Source of the DNA: Octopus vulgaris | Lineage: Eukaryota | DNA: 64,000 bases | Reading direction: 5' to 3' | Assembly: GCA_951406725.2 (NCBI GenBank) | Contig: OX597814.1 | Location: 186,682,001-186,746,000, forward strand | Shown: piece after piece, positions 40,107-51,817 of the stretch | Numbering within the stretch: position 1 is the stretch's first letter | Layout: each line of letters starts with the position of its first letter | The notes under the pieces: model-generated | What the model was told of the DNA's origin: nothing | What the model saw: the letters and a program-made list of their open reading frames with translations, nothing else | Database searches by the model: none | Position numbers and translations under genes: made by a program

Positions 40107-41111
40107 CTACTTTTCCCATGCTGCTATGGGTCGGACACAAGTTTTAGTAAGGTAGTATTTTATGACCAGATACCTTTCTTATTGCCAACCCTTAACAGAT
40201 TTTCAAGTAAGGTATTTATATTCTGTTTCTCTTTGCACTTTGAAACTGACGAAGCTACCACAAGATGTATTGTTTACAGATGTTAATTTAACATCACGGT
40301 TGCTCCAACAGTGTTAAATGTGAAGATACATGGAAATAAACATTCACACACACACAATAGGCTTCTGTAGAGTTTTTGCCAAGGTGCCACACAGTGTGAA
40401 GGAACCTAAAATCAGGTGGTTAGAAAGTGAAATGTATACCAACACACCTATGTCTGTGCTCATGCCTCATGCTCACACACACACACACACCCCTACACAT
40501 ATGCACACACATGCATGCATGCATGTTTGCATGTAGCAGACTGAAATAATTACTGGGGTTCAACACTCGAAGGCAGTGCACCAGAATGGCTGCAAGAAAA
40601 TAAGCAAAAAATATAGCATGTTCCGATTGAATGATGAGAAGCAGCTTTACATTGTGTGTATGTGTATGACTGTGTTATACAATAAGGTTTCCCAAGTACA
40701 GATTTACATTCAAAATAGGTGACAAATTAACTAATTTTAAGAATTTATTGATCATTTCTGCATTCTCAATTGAAGTCATTATATAGATTCAGTCCTGGTT
40801 AGCTTTAATTACTACCAACAAATTTTTTTTTAATTATGAAACCAGTTTACAATTAATCTTTTCATTGCTATATTTCTATTGAAATAAGCTGCCTTTGAGT
40901 CAATTAATTTTGAAAACAACAAAAAATTTAGTAAAATAGTTCAGAGCAAGTTCAACTGTTTATGGCATGACCTCTAAGTAGTAGGAGTACACATAAAAAA
41001 ACACCTTTACAAAGTAAAGGTTAAGTTTATTCCTATAAGGCTTATTATACCACAAAAGCAACTTAAATTATTTAAATTAGAATGTATAAGTCAACATCTG
41101 ATTTTGGTTGT

Positions 41112-41475
41112 ATGATAAGAAGCTTGCTTCCCAACCACATGGTTCTGGGTTCAGTCCCTCTGTGTGGCACATTGGGTAAGTGTCTTCCACTATAGCCTTG
41201 AGCTAACCAAAGCCTTGTGAGTGGATTTGGTGGACAGAAACTGAAAAGAAACCTGTCATATGTATATATGTGTGTGTGAGTGTGTGTATGTATGTGTATT
41301 TGTGTCTGTTTGTCCCCACCACCACCACCACCACCCATAACTTGGTGGTTCAGCAAAAGAGACCGATAGAATAAGTACCAGGCTTACAAAGAATAAATCC
41401 TGGGGTTGATTTCTTTGACTCAAAGGCAATTTTCCAGCTTGGTCGCAGTCAAATGACTGAAACAAGTAACAGAAT
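41112..41475 (+). mobile_element. SINE family B, CpG-decayed
   Basis: Collinear with 3925-4300, with most CpGs changed to TpG/CpA. Confidence 0.88.
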
Positions 41476-42520
41476 ATAAAAGTTTTATTTTAAGTGTTAC
41501 ATCATCTGTCTATTTCTTTTCTTTCTTTTCATTTGCAAAGGAATTAAGTCTTTAATTACTTAGAAACTCAAGTTTTTATCTCATTTACCTATTGAGTAAT
41601 TTCACTATTGAAAATGTTAAATTTTTCTATTAATTACAGGAGTAATTTTAATTGATAAAAATTTGTGCAGGGGATGGTATTACTTAGTATCTTGCATATG
41701 TTAGTCCCCATGTAATTGAAAGTTAACTGAGTTTAGCACCACTTCAAATTTCTTTCATATATCCTTTAAAAAAAGAAACAGATCTAGTGTTGTAAGTCAT
41801 TCATTTAGCAAATAAATGCATCTTCTGTACTAAATGTATTGAGTACTTTACTTTAATTGTGTCATCTCTCCACCTTATTTCAAACACAACTAGTATCATG
41901 AAAACGGGTAGTTTGAGACAAGTTAAAAATTTCAAGACTTTCAATTTATTGCATGCTAACATCCTTTTTTGTCATTGATCTAAAGAAAAACCATGCCACG
42001 CCTATACGCTCATTTGTTAATCACACTTGTACAACAAGTGTGATTCGCTGATGGAAAATATGCAGGTATAATGGCTGATTATACATGTGCTGTTGGTATT
42101 CTACACTCACATGATTCACCACTCCGCTATTGCAATCCACACATTTGCATGACTCTTGCCATTGTTATCCTCACCAATGCATGTCTCCGCATGACCTTGC
42201 CCTTTGCCAGTCACCCATTCTCATCCCACATGGTGGCTGGGCTTTATAAGACATGGTTGTTTTTCATGGCAATGTGTTCTGACAGAACTGTTTTTCAATG
42301 GTTATCAATTCATGGAGGTTTATCTACGAACAAAACAACACTCACATACATTTAGGTTTTTTTCCACAATAGTGAGAGGTAAGCTTTAATGCTAATTAGT
42401 ACACCCAAAAGCTAGCTACAATAAGGCATATATGCACACCTGTAGTATATGATAAATGCAAAATAAATATACACTGTAGTTATGCTAAATTGGTTTACTG
42501 AATTTTATCTTTTTTTTACA

Positions 42521-44522
42521 ATGCCTCCAAAGACAAAAATGCAGTATGACGAATGTTATTTGAAATTCGGTTTTACTGTGATAAAGCCTGGTGGAGAAGA
42601 GAAGCCACAGTGTCATTTTGTGCTAAGGTTTTGGCGTTTACTTCACTAAAGCTCAGTAAGTTAAAGAGGCACTTCCAAACAAAGCATCCCAGTTCAATAA
42701 ATAGAGATGTTGACTTCTTCAGATACAAAGCTGACAGATTGATGAAATCTAGACTTGATCACAAAGGAATGTTTTTGCTGGACATTACAACTGTTTTGAA
42801 AGCATCCTTCGAGGTTTCAAGGAAAATAGCTGTTGCCAAAAAATCCCCACAATATATACAAATAGTTGATATTGCCTTGCTGCAAAGATATCATATCGAA
42901 TGTGCTAGGAAGTTCTGAACTTCAGAAGCTGAAGCATGTGTCTCTCTCTCAAATGAGACTGTAAGCAAGCAAACAACTGAGTTGTCAGATGTCACAGGTG
43001 GTCTCAAAGATTTACAATTCGTGTTTTAACTTTTTCGCAATCCAGCTTGATGAAATAATGGATGTTGTCAACTTAGCCCAACTTTGCATCTATGTACATT
43101 ATGTACATAACAATTATCTGGAAGAGGAATTCCTGTTTTGCAAAACCCTCAGTACCAAAACAACCAGAAGGGAAGTATCTAACAAAGTGGACAAAGTTTT
43201 TGAGGGACATGATATCAACTGAGAGCATGTCATTGGTGTATACAGAGATGTTGCTCTGGTGATGCTTGGTTGCTGTTCTGGTTTTCAGGCTTTGGTGAAA
43301 GAAAAGTCCCCAGGTCCTATTGGAATACATTGTACAATTCATTGACAAGTACTAATGGTGGAAGCCATGCCTGAGGAGTTAAAAAATGTTCTGAATTACA
43401 TGATTACAGCAGTGAACTTCATCAAAGCGAACACACTCAACTCCTGTCTGTTTGCCAAGTTGTGCAAAGAAAATGATTCTGAATTGAAAACGCTTCTGTT
43501 ACACTCACAAGTGAGATGACTTTCCAGAGGGAAAACAATAAAGAGGGTCTTCCTTCTATAAAAAGAAGTCCACGATTTTTTACAAGATGCCAAGTCAGAT
43601 TTGCATGCCAAATTCTCTGATGTTCATTTTCTGATCTGCTTGGCGTTTTTGGTGGATATATTTGGGTCAGTGAATGCTATCAGTTTTTCACTGCAAGGGA
43701 AAGATAAAACCATTCTCATGAAAAACTGCTTTCAAAAGAAGCTTGAACTTTGGCATCCCAGATTGCAATGAAAGAGCTTTGAATCATTTCCACAACTATA
43801 TATGTTTATTGTGTAGAAACATTAGCACGCCGGGCGAAGTGCGTAGCCGTATTTCGTCTGCCGTTACGTTCTGAGTTCAAATTCCGCCAAGGTCAACTTT
43901 GCCTTTCATCCTTTCAGGGTCGATAAATAAAGTACCAGTTACACACTGGGGTCGATGTAGTCGACTTAATCCCTTTGTCTGTCCTTGTTTGTCCCCTCTA
44001 TGTTTAGCCCCTTGTGGGCAGTAAAGAAATATATATATGTTTATTGAGGAAAATGAACTTTAAGTTGATGACAATATCGTTGAATTCATGAAACAACACG
44101 TGTCAATACTTGGTAGAGAAATATGTTTTTATTTTCATGATCTTCATGACTTTGACAAATACTGTTGCTTTATCAGGAATCCCTTTGTACTTTTTGTTAG
44201 CGATCTGCCTACAGAAGACAATTTAATTCTAGAGCAGGTCACTGATTTGGTCAATGGCGGTGCAAAATTTATTTTTCTATGAAATGTGCTGTTCTAACTT
44301 TTGGATTGAAATGGCACAGTCAAATCCTGATGTCACAAAGATGACTTTTAAAGTACTGATGCCATTTCCAACCACCTATGAGTGTGAGACCACATTTTCC
44401 ACTCTCCTTGCCATCAAAACGAAATCACAAAATCGATTGGATGTCACACCAAATATGAGGGTTGTCTTCTCCATAATATAGAAGAGCTGCTGACTGCAAA
44501 GCAAGTATGTCAAACACATTAA
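42521..44522 (+). pseudogene. hAT transposase pseudogene (Charlie/Buster, ZBED8/SCAND3-like)
   Basis: MPPK..YDECYLKFGF...KPQC..C..VL....K.SKLKRHFQTKH (BED finger), FAIQLDE..D, HCTIH, LLHSQVR*LSRG and PFPTTYECE..FS.L..IKTK..NRLD (dimerisation domain). Frameshifts, stops and a SINE insertion. A Charlie-type end TTGAGAACCACTG lies at 45220-45232. Confidence 0.9.
43812..44031 (+). mobile_element. Young SINE family A inserted in the hAT transposase
   Basis: 15-bp TSD TATATATGTTTATTG at 43797-43811 and 44032-44046; CpGs largely intact. Confidence 0.92.
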
Positions 44523-45265
44523 ACTTTGCTGTAAATTATATAACAGATGGTCTGCTTTTGAGAATAAATAATTTCTTAATTTTTTTATGTTATGTTTCAG
44601 GGATTCAAGAAAAGAAATGGCAAATCTTCAGAAGAGGTGGAGAAGACGGTATTTCTAATAAAATTGTGGTTTTCCATGCATACTAGTGGTCCAACTGGCA
44701 GAAACTTCTGCACATTTTAGGATGCTATTACAATTCTTCTGCTGAAAATAGCTAAATTGGTTGAAATGCACCTCTTTGATAATCAATATGAGGAATGGCC
44801 TGCCAATGGGGAGGAATAGTATCCCAAAACATGGCGAATAGAGAAGGTGATGTCAAAAGCTTGAGAACGAATAATTTTCAGTCTATGACCTGCAGTTTCT
44901 TTCTGCCAAATGGGCATAAATGGATCTTACACAGTTGTTAATACAGGATGCTCAGGATATTTTCATTTCTCATTTGTTTTGTAACCAACTGGCCAATTGA
45001 TTCCCCATGGTTTCATGTGTATTTATTGTATCCCAATGGGATATTGCATGGATTAAGTTGGGATTTTCGAGGGTTTAGGGGTAGTGCAGCTCATAGTCTG
45101 TAAAATACGGTACAGGAATGTATGTAATTTTTTCCATATTAATTATCCTGCATTTTATAGGGGACTGCAAATCATCAAAACATCTATAAGGGGACCAGCA
45201 TATAAATCTTTTGAGAAGTTTGAGAACCACTGCTCTAAATGAAAATGGAAATACTGCATTGAAAG

Positions 45266-45409
45266 TTAAATCGAATGACTGTCTAGAACTCCTTAAATTG
45301 AACGACTGTCTAGAACTCCTTAAATTGAATGACTGTCTAGAACTCCTTAAATTGAATGACTGTCTAGAACTCTTTAAATTGAATGACTGTCTAGAACTCC
45401 TTAAATTGA
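45266..45409 (+). repeat. 27-bp minisatellite, about 5.3 copies
   Basis: Unit GAATGACTGTCTAGAACTCCTTAAATT from 45273, head-to-tail with no spacers and 1-nt variants. Confidence 0.95.
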
Positions 45410-46342
45410 CAACCTTGCACTTTACTCTCAAGAACTATAAAGTTTGAAATAAGCCTATCTAAGAGACTTAATAACCCAAGAAAACTAGACATAGAACCAT
45501 AGTATCAGAATTGTAGAGAATAATCATATAAAAAACTTTTCTAAACAAATGTCTAGAAGCTAGGGATGGTTGCATATCATGTGGATGCATCAAGAGCAGG
45601 AAATAACAAATTTACAGTCAATAAGAAGTAATATGATATGCTATCAAACACATGAGTGATGTCATGAAAATTATTTATCAACAATTAAAAAATGTAGATC
45701 TTAATTACCAATAATTCATTTCTTCTTTAAAAAGGTAGCTGAAGTTAGCAGCAATGGACTCCATACCTTACATTATTAATTATCATTTTCATTGCACTAC
45801 ATTACAAGTTCAAATCCAGCTACGATTGATAGCATTTGTTCCTCTGAGGTTAGGATTGATAAAATAAATGGTAGTAATATATTAAGCACTGACTTTAAAA
45901 GTTTACTTATGGTTTGGGACTTGTTCCCAAAGTGAAACACTTTGAGCAAGTATCTTCTCCCATGACCTCAGGTTGACAAAGCCATCAAAGCTCTGTCCAT
46001 TCTTGGAGAGTAGACTTAATCTGTTGCCTAGTTTCACACCCAGCCCTTGGGTACCTCTAGCAGAGTCCATTCTGTTGCAAACATTCAGGCCATATCTCTG
46101 ATCTGGGGATAATTTCCAACATAGCTGTCTCTCCTGCACATAACTGGATAATATATTTGATACATACCTCTGCCATGCTTTTCAGATGAGTTAATGTTGT
46201 ACATTCACTTCCTATTTCACTGGCATGCAACACTCCTTGCACATAGTCAAGTACTGGGGTTTATGATAACAACTAACTCTCTTCTCTCAAAATTACTGGC
46301 TTGGAGCCAAAATCATTATTTTTATTATTATTATTATTATCT

Positions 46343-46565
46343 AAGGCAGTGAGCTGGCAGAATCATTAATGTGCCAGGCGAAATGCTTAGCAGCATTTCA
46401 CTCATCTTTACATTCTGAGTTCAAACTCCACAAAGGTTGACTTTGCTTTTCATCCTTTCAGGGTCAATAAAATAAGTACCCGATTAGCATTGGGGTCAAT
46501 GTAATTGACTTAACACCTCTCTTAAACTAGCTGGCCTTGCACCAAAATTTGAAATCATTATTATT
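46343..46565 (+). mobile_element. SINE family A, CpG-decayed
   Basis: AAGGCAGTGAGCTGGCAGAATC...TTTCATCCTTTCAGGGTCAATAAAATAAGTACC. Confidence 0.85.
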
Positions 46566-49500
46566 GTTCTTCTTCTTCTTGTTCATGCTTTTATCTGTTT
46601 CACAAATGTGAGAAATTGAAAAATATCTCGATCAGACCCCTTAACCCAACTGATTTTGAAGGAGGAGTAATTCTTTATCTGGAAAAGATATACTGGGGTA
46701 TATTCTGATTACCTTCTCATGTAGAAGGATTTAAACTGTGCTTCAGGTTAGAAAAGCACTTGGCTGTTATAGGACAGTGAACTATACTTCTTTATAAAGT
46801 TTATTCACAGCTTACTGGACTATTGTTCTATTGATTTTTATGTGTTTTCACAAAGAGACACAACACAGCTCTATTGAACAGGACACAAATCTTGAGCTGT
46901 TATTCCGTCGACTAGCGCTAGTGATTTAGTAAGTTCTACTTTTCATATTTCTTGAAACTTGTTTTTCAATTAGATAATCTTACACTGTTGATTTGTTTAT
47001 TGATATCTAATCAGAAATAGAGATGATCACCACAGCTAAATTTGATCTACCAGTTATATTTTTCTTAATATTTAAAAAAAAGGTTTTGAAAATGAATAAA
47101 TATTACCATTTACCAATGACAAAATCTTTACTGTTGTAAATTATCACTACAAACAACAAAATATCTACCTCAGTTATGATTCAAATGAGTTTTTTGTTTA
47201 GCAGAAGCTCTACAAATTTTCATTTCAAATTTAAAACTTCACAACTTAATTATACTTTAAGAATATAGTACACTGAGCTTGTGACAATAATACTAATAAT
47301 GACATTGTCATTGATAAAACAAGTAATAGATTAACTAAAGGGAACACATGACTCATGCATTGGGCAGAAGTAAAACTTACTAAATACAGTAGCTTGGTGG
47401 CCATTGCTCTTGTGTGTGAACTCTGCCAGTGCAATCTGTATGTAAACAAACCAGCATGTACACTTGAAGACATATTTCACACTTAACATTCAAGAAATTG
47501 ATTAGCTTTTTGTTCTAACCGACAGAGAAAAGAGTTTTAAAAGAAAGATGGTTGATAGAAAAGCTCAGTTAGTTAATAATTACTAGAAAATATCTACTAG
47601 TAATGGTAGTCATGTCTGTCATAATACTTCTTAAGAAAGGTGTCTCTAAGCAAGTGATTGGTAAGTTAGCAATAATAGATCTTTTCAAACAGGCTCTTTT
47701 GTTTTCTTCTCTAATGAATATTTAGAGTAATAAAATAGAAGAGAATAAGAAGTTGAAAAAAATAAAGAGAGATCATTTGTTGTTAAATATAAAGGCTGAA
47801 AATGTCCCTCCCACACACATTCTAGAATAAAGTCTTCATCATACTATTATCTATGTTACTTATAATCTGGCCTACTTCTTTAGAATTGCCTAACTAAATA
47901 TTGGGTCATAATGAGTCCAATTACCAATCTAATTTAGGTCAACACAATTGACAACAACAGTTGATTATTCATTAGCCAATGAAGGAGCTTTCACATTTTT
48001 GCTTCAGCAGCTAAAAATAGCAACCAAGTCTTCTCTAAATCACACCCTGTCATCTTCGATGATGTGATGCTAGATATGCCGTATGTGGAAAAAAAGAAGG
48101 GATAGTCAAATCTTGAATGCCTGTTTGATCACAGATGACAAGGGGCTAAACAACTGTTGATCTTTTGGGAAAAAAGTGCAATTACTATCCAGTTTTTTTT
48201 TGCTACTGGCTAGTTTTTCTTTTCTTTACTTCTTTTAATAGTTTATTCGGAGGAGGGTGACATCCATGATCACTTTAAGAGTTTCTGAGACTGGATGTTG
48301 GTATTTACATGTAATGTGATGGATGATATCGATTGACTAAACAGTGCAATGATCCAATAATGAAGATTCCCCTATAAAAGAACCACAGAAAGGAATACAT
48401 GGGGGAAAGTGATCATATTTAATGTTATTACTTCTTCCCATGTTTTCACAGTCTAAAATGGATCCCACATAGAAAATTATAAATAAAAATAGGCAAGGTA
48501 CTATGCTATACTGCAGATCTTACCAGATAAAAGAAACTTAATCTTTTAAAGAATAAACCTTCATATTTAATATGCTCAAGTAAAATCCATATTAGAAAAC
48601 TGAAATACATAATGTAAAGACAATATTTAAGATGCAATTGATACAGAAACGCCCTTCATTCTTTTTACAACAAAATGCATTACAAAGTCAGTTTATCTAA
48701 TACTTTTGTAACTACAAAACTGAAATGTTAAAAAAAAAATTTGTTTAATTGTTTACTTATATCCCCAAAGAAGTTGATCTGGCCAAGCAAGTAAAAACTA
48801 GTTCAAGGTAAAATAAATGTACGTGTACATTCTTTGAGAAACTTGTTTGTAAAGCTTTGAATTAATTGTTGTTGAAAGAAGGGTTGTTGTTTAGTACCGG
48901 GTCAATGCCGATCGACAAGCCCTATGATCAAAGACATTCCAGTTGTCACCATCTCATCTTTTTTCATGTGTTGGGAATCCAAGAATACATTCATTATCCT
49001 AGATGGCTTTTTTTTCTTTAAGATGGTAATGTGTCATTTGAAGGAGATTTGACTATTATTTCTAGGAAGCCAAACAACAACAAAAAAACAAAAACCGCAT
49101 GAAAGAATGGTTGTCAGCCAAATAGAAACTGATAGTTAATCAAGTGTAAAATGGAGATTATGATTAGATATGTGCTGGTAAAATAGAATTTTCTTAGTTC
49201 TATGAATCTTTAGATAACATTTATTGTCACTATTTGCTTGTTTACCACGTCAGTGATTTATTTAGATAGACAGCTTAGGGAATTGGTAAACTTAAAAGTA
49301 TAAAGAACATGACAAATGAAAAAAATCTCACTTTATTAACAAATCAATGGTATGATAAGGTTTTTAGTTATTTTTAAAACCCGGTTGTATCAAAGATATC
49401 TAAGAAAATTAATTTACTCTTTAAAATTGGTGATTAAACATTTATATTATAATGAGCAAATAATTTTAAATGCTGAGCAGGTCTCAAAGCTTCCTTAGTC

Positions 49501-49669
49501 AATGATATTTCTCTTTCTAAAAGCTAATGGTGTTGGGTTTTTGGACGGGGTTGGGGTATATGATACCAGAAAAGTGATTAAATGTTATAAATATCTTTTG
49601 AGGCTCTTCTATATCTGAAATCAGTATTTTTAGCAATAGCCTTTGAAATAAGACTATAATAGGCAGCTA

Positions 49670-50101
49670 GGATCTTTTCGGTTTGAACAGCAGTTTTTTC
49701 TAGCGATGTCATATGAAATTGTCACCCATAATTATGACCCTAGAATCGATCTATTGCATTTCAATCTCTTTTAGGGTTAGGGTTAGTTAGGGTTAAGGTT
49801 AGGGGTGGAGGAAGGGTATCTTTTTTCTTCACAAATGTAAATAAACCCAATCTGTTTCTTAAACGAGGGACATATTCATACGGCACAGAATGCTTTTTAA
49901 CTCAATAGACGTCACTGATTGGTTGAAATTGCAGAAATTGAAGAAAAAAAACAACAAATATCTTACAAACTATAGAATTTTATCAATAAAGCCAAGAGAA
50001 AAAAGATGTTTTATAAACACATTCTACCAGTATACGAAGTTTAAAATTTTTTAGTTACCTAGAAATTATGTTAAAAACTGCCGTTCAAACCGAAAAGATC
50101 C
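49670..50101. mobile_element. 432-bp MITE with ~29-bp TIRs, 8-bp TSD and internal TTAGGG repeats
   Basis: TSD GGCAGCTA at 49662-49669 and 50102-50109; TIR GGATCTTTTCGGTTTGAACRGCAGTTTTT; TTAGGG-like run at about 49771-49805. Superfamily uncertain (Merlin- or MULE-like). Confidence 0.93.
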
Positions 50102-50194
50102 GGCAGCTACCACCCTAGTTCAATAATACAATGATGACATGAAAGCTTTATTTGCTAAGTTGTAACAGAATTACTAACACTAATTACAACATGT

Positions 50195-50383
50195 AAGGAG
50201 TCTCTATGTGGTGGCTCAACATGTTAAAAACGGTAGCCAAATCCCCTTCAGATCATACCCTTCCAGCTTAAAAAGAAAGAGAAGTGCATAATACCTGTAA
50301 TAAAAATGGGATGTAGATGGCTGGAACGACTTTGATCATACGTCAGCCCAATTAGGGCTGGTCTGGGGTTATACAACAACAAC
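50195..50383 (+). mobile_element. Dispersed repeat family C
   Basis: GGAGTCTCTATGTGG...GGCTGGAA...TTTGATCATA...CTGGGGTTATACAACAACAAC. Confidence 0.6.
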
Positions 50384-50682
50384 TATATGAATAACTGATG
50401 ATTACTTTCGGGTTATAGAATTAAATTAGCCATATCTTCCATTTCCGGGCTAGAGGAATATATATAGGCTGATGATGTTTGACATGAAATAATGTGAGAA
50501 GGAGGGATCTTATGATCTGGATACATCAACAAAATGAACTGAAGAAAGAAAAAAAGAAAAACGTCATTTATTTTCAAAATTGAAAACAATAAGATTTAGC
50601 AGGAAGACAAGGAGACCTTGAGGTATGGAGTGCGTATGTGGTTACGTTTTATGGGTGTGCCTAAATTTGAAAGAGAAAGAAA

Positions 50683-50683
50683 G

Positions 50684-50741
<58 letters not shown>

Positions 50742-50894
50742 CAGACAGGCAGGCAGGCAGGCAGGCAGACAGACAGACAGACAGACAGACAGAAAGACAG
50801 ACAGAAAGGGTGGTCCGCCCAGTTAGCTTATTACGTCGTATTTCACGAAAAGAACATTTGAAATATGTTAGAGCGAGCTTCATTGTGACTGTTT

Positions 50895-50993
<99 letters not shown>

Positions 50994-51017
50994 TGCATAT
51001 ATATATATATATATATA
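50683..51017. repeat. Compound microsatellites (GATA)n(GACA)n(GGCA)n and (GT)n(GCGT)n(AT)n
   Basis: Runs at 50683-50806 and 50897-51017. Confidence 0.95.
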
Positions 51018-51049
51018 AAACGCATTAAACTCGCCTCACATTTCCGATT

Positions 51050-51720
51050 ATGACGTAGGAAAGTGTTGGTGTTTTTGATTTCACTACATTTTCATATGGG
51101 CCACATGTAATATATTTTTCTCTCACTTCCTTCACTCCCTTATACCCCACTCCAATTCTCTTTTGTCTCTCTTTCACTCTCCTCCCTTCCCTCTCTCTCT
51201 ATTTCTATCTCATTCAAACTCCCTCTGTTTTGAACCTTCCGTTTTCTCAGTCTCTTTCCCCTCGGGAACGACATCATCATCACTCCTTTTAGAAACGATA
51301 TTCATTTCTTTCTCCACCCCAACTCTCGACTGCGTCACTACACCTCTCTTCTCTTTCGGATTGGCTTTCTTTCTGCCCGTCCGTTTACGATAAAGAAAGA
51401 AGAAAAAAAAGATGACATCGTGGCGTGGCTAAGTAGGAATCGGGGAGAAAAGAAATGAAGAAAAAGAGAAAAATGTTGAAGGGGGGAAAGTCGGGGGATA
51501 TAGAAACCTGCAGGAGAACGGGGAGAGGAGAAATGGAACCGGACAGACGAGGAAAACTAAGATGAAGAAGAGAAAACTTTTGAGTGGGTGGGTGTTTTCT
51601 CCGCACGCTGCATACCAAGCATAGCTGTGTGTCTGGTCTGGATTAGTAACAAAATAGAACCGCCAAAACCCGACAAGAAAGCTTGACACAGAAAAGGAAA
51701 ACAAAATATAGAGTCATGTG
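51050..51720. promoter_or_regulatory. Candidate promoter/regulatory region
   Basis: CpG-retaining non-TE sequence at the edge of the CpG-depleted domain. Pyrimidine-rich to purine-rich strand switch at about 51390, ATTGG (CCAAT) at about 51360 and TGACG half-sites. Confidence 0.3.
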
Positions 51721-51769
51721 ACAAAAAGAGCTCTTTGGTCGGTTAGTGTGTGTGTGTGTGCGTGTGCGT

Positions 51770-51817
<48 letters not shown>

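Noticed and set aside
42521-44522. Domesticated ZBED/SCAND-type host gene
   Set aside because: Multiple frameshifts, stop codons and a SINE insertion; it is a dead transposase.
45266-45409. CRISPR-like array, or a repeat-protein ORF (LKLNDCLEL)n
   Set aside because: Units are head-to-tail with no unique spacers, there are no cas genes and the context is eukaryotic; the ORFs exist only because the unit length is a multiple of 3.
49771-49805. Telomere or chromosome-fusion scar
   Set aside because: The tract is short, degenerate and internal to a MITE with TIRs and a TSD.
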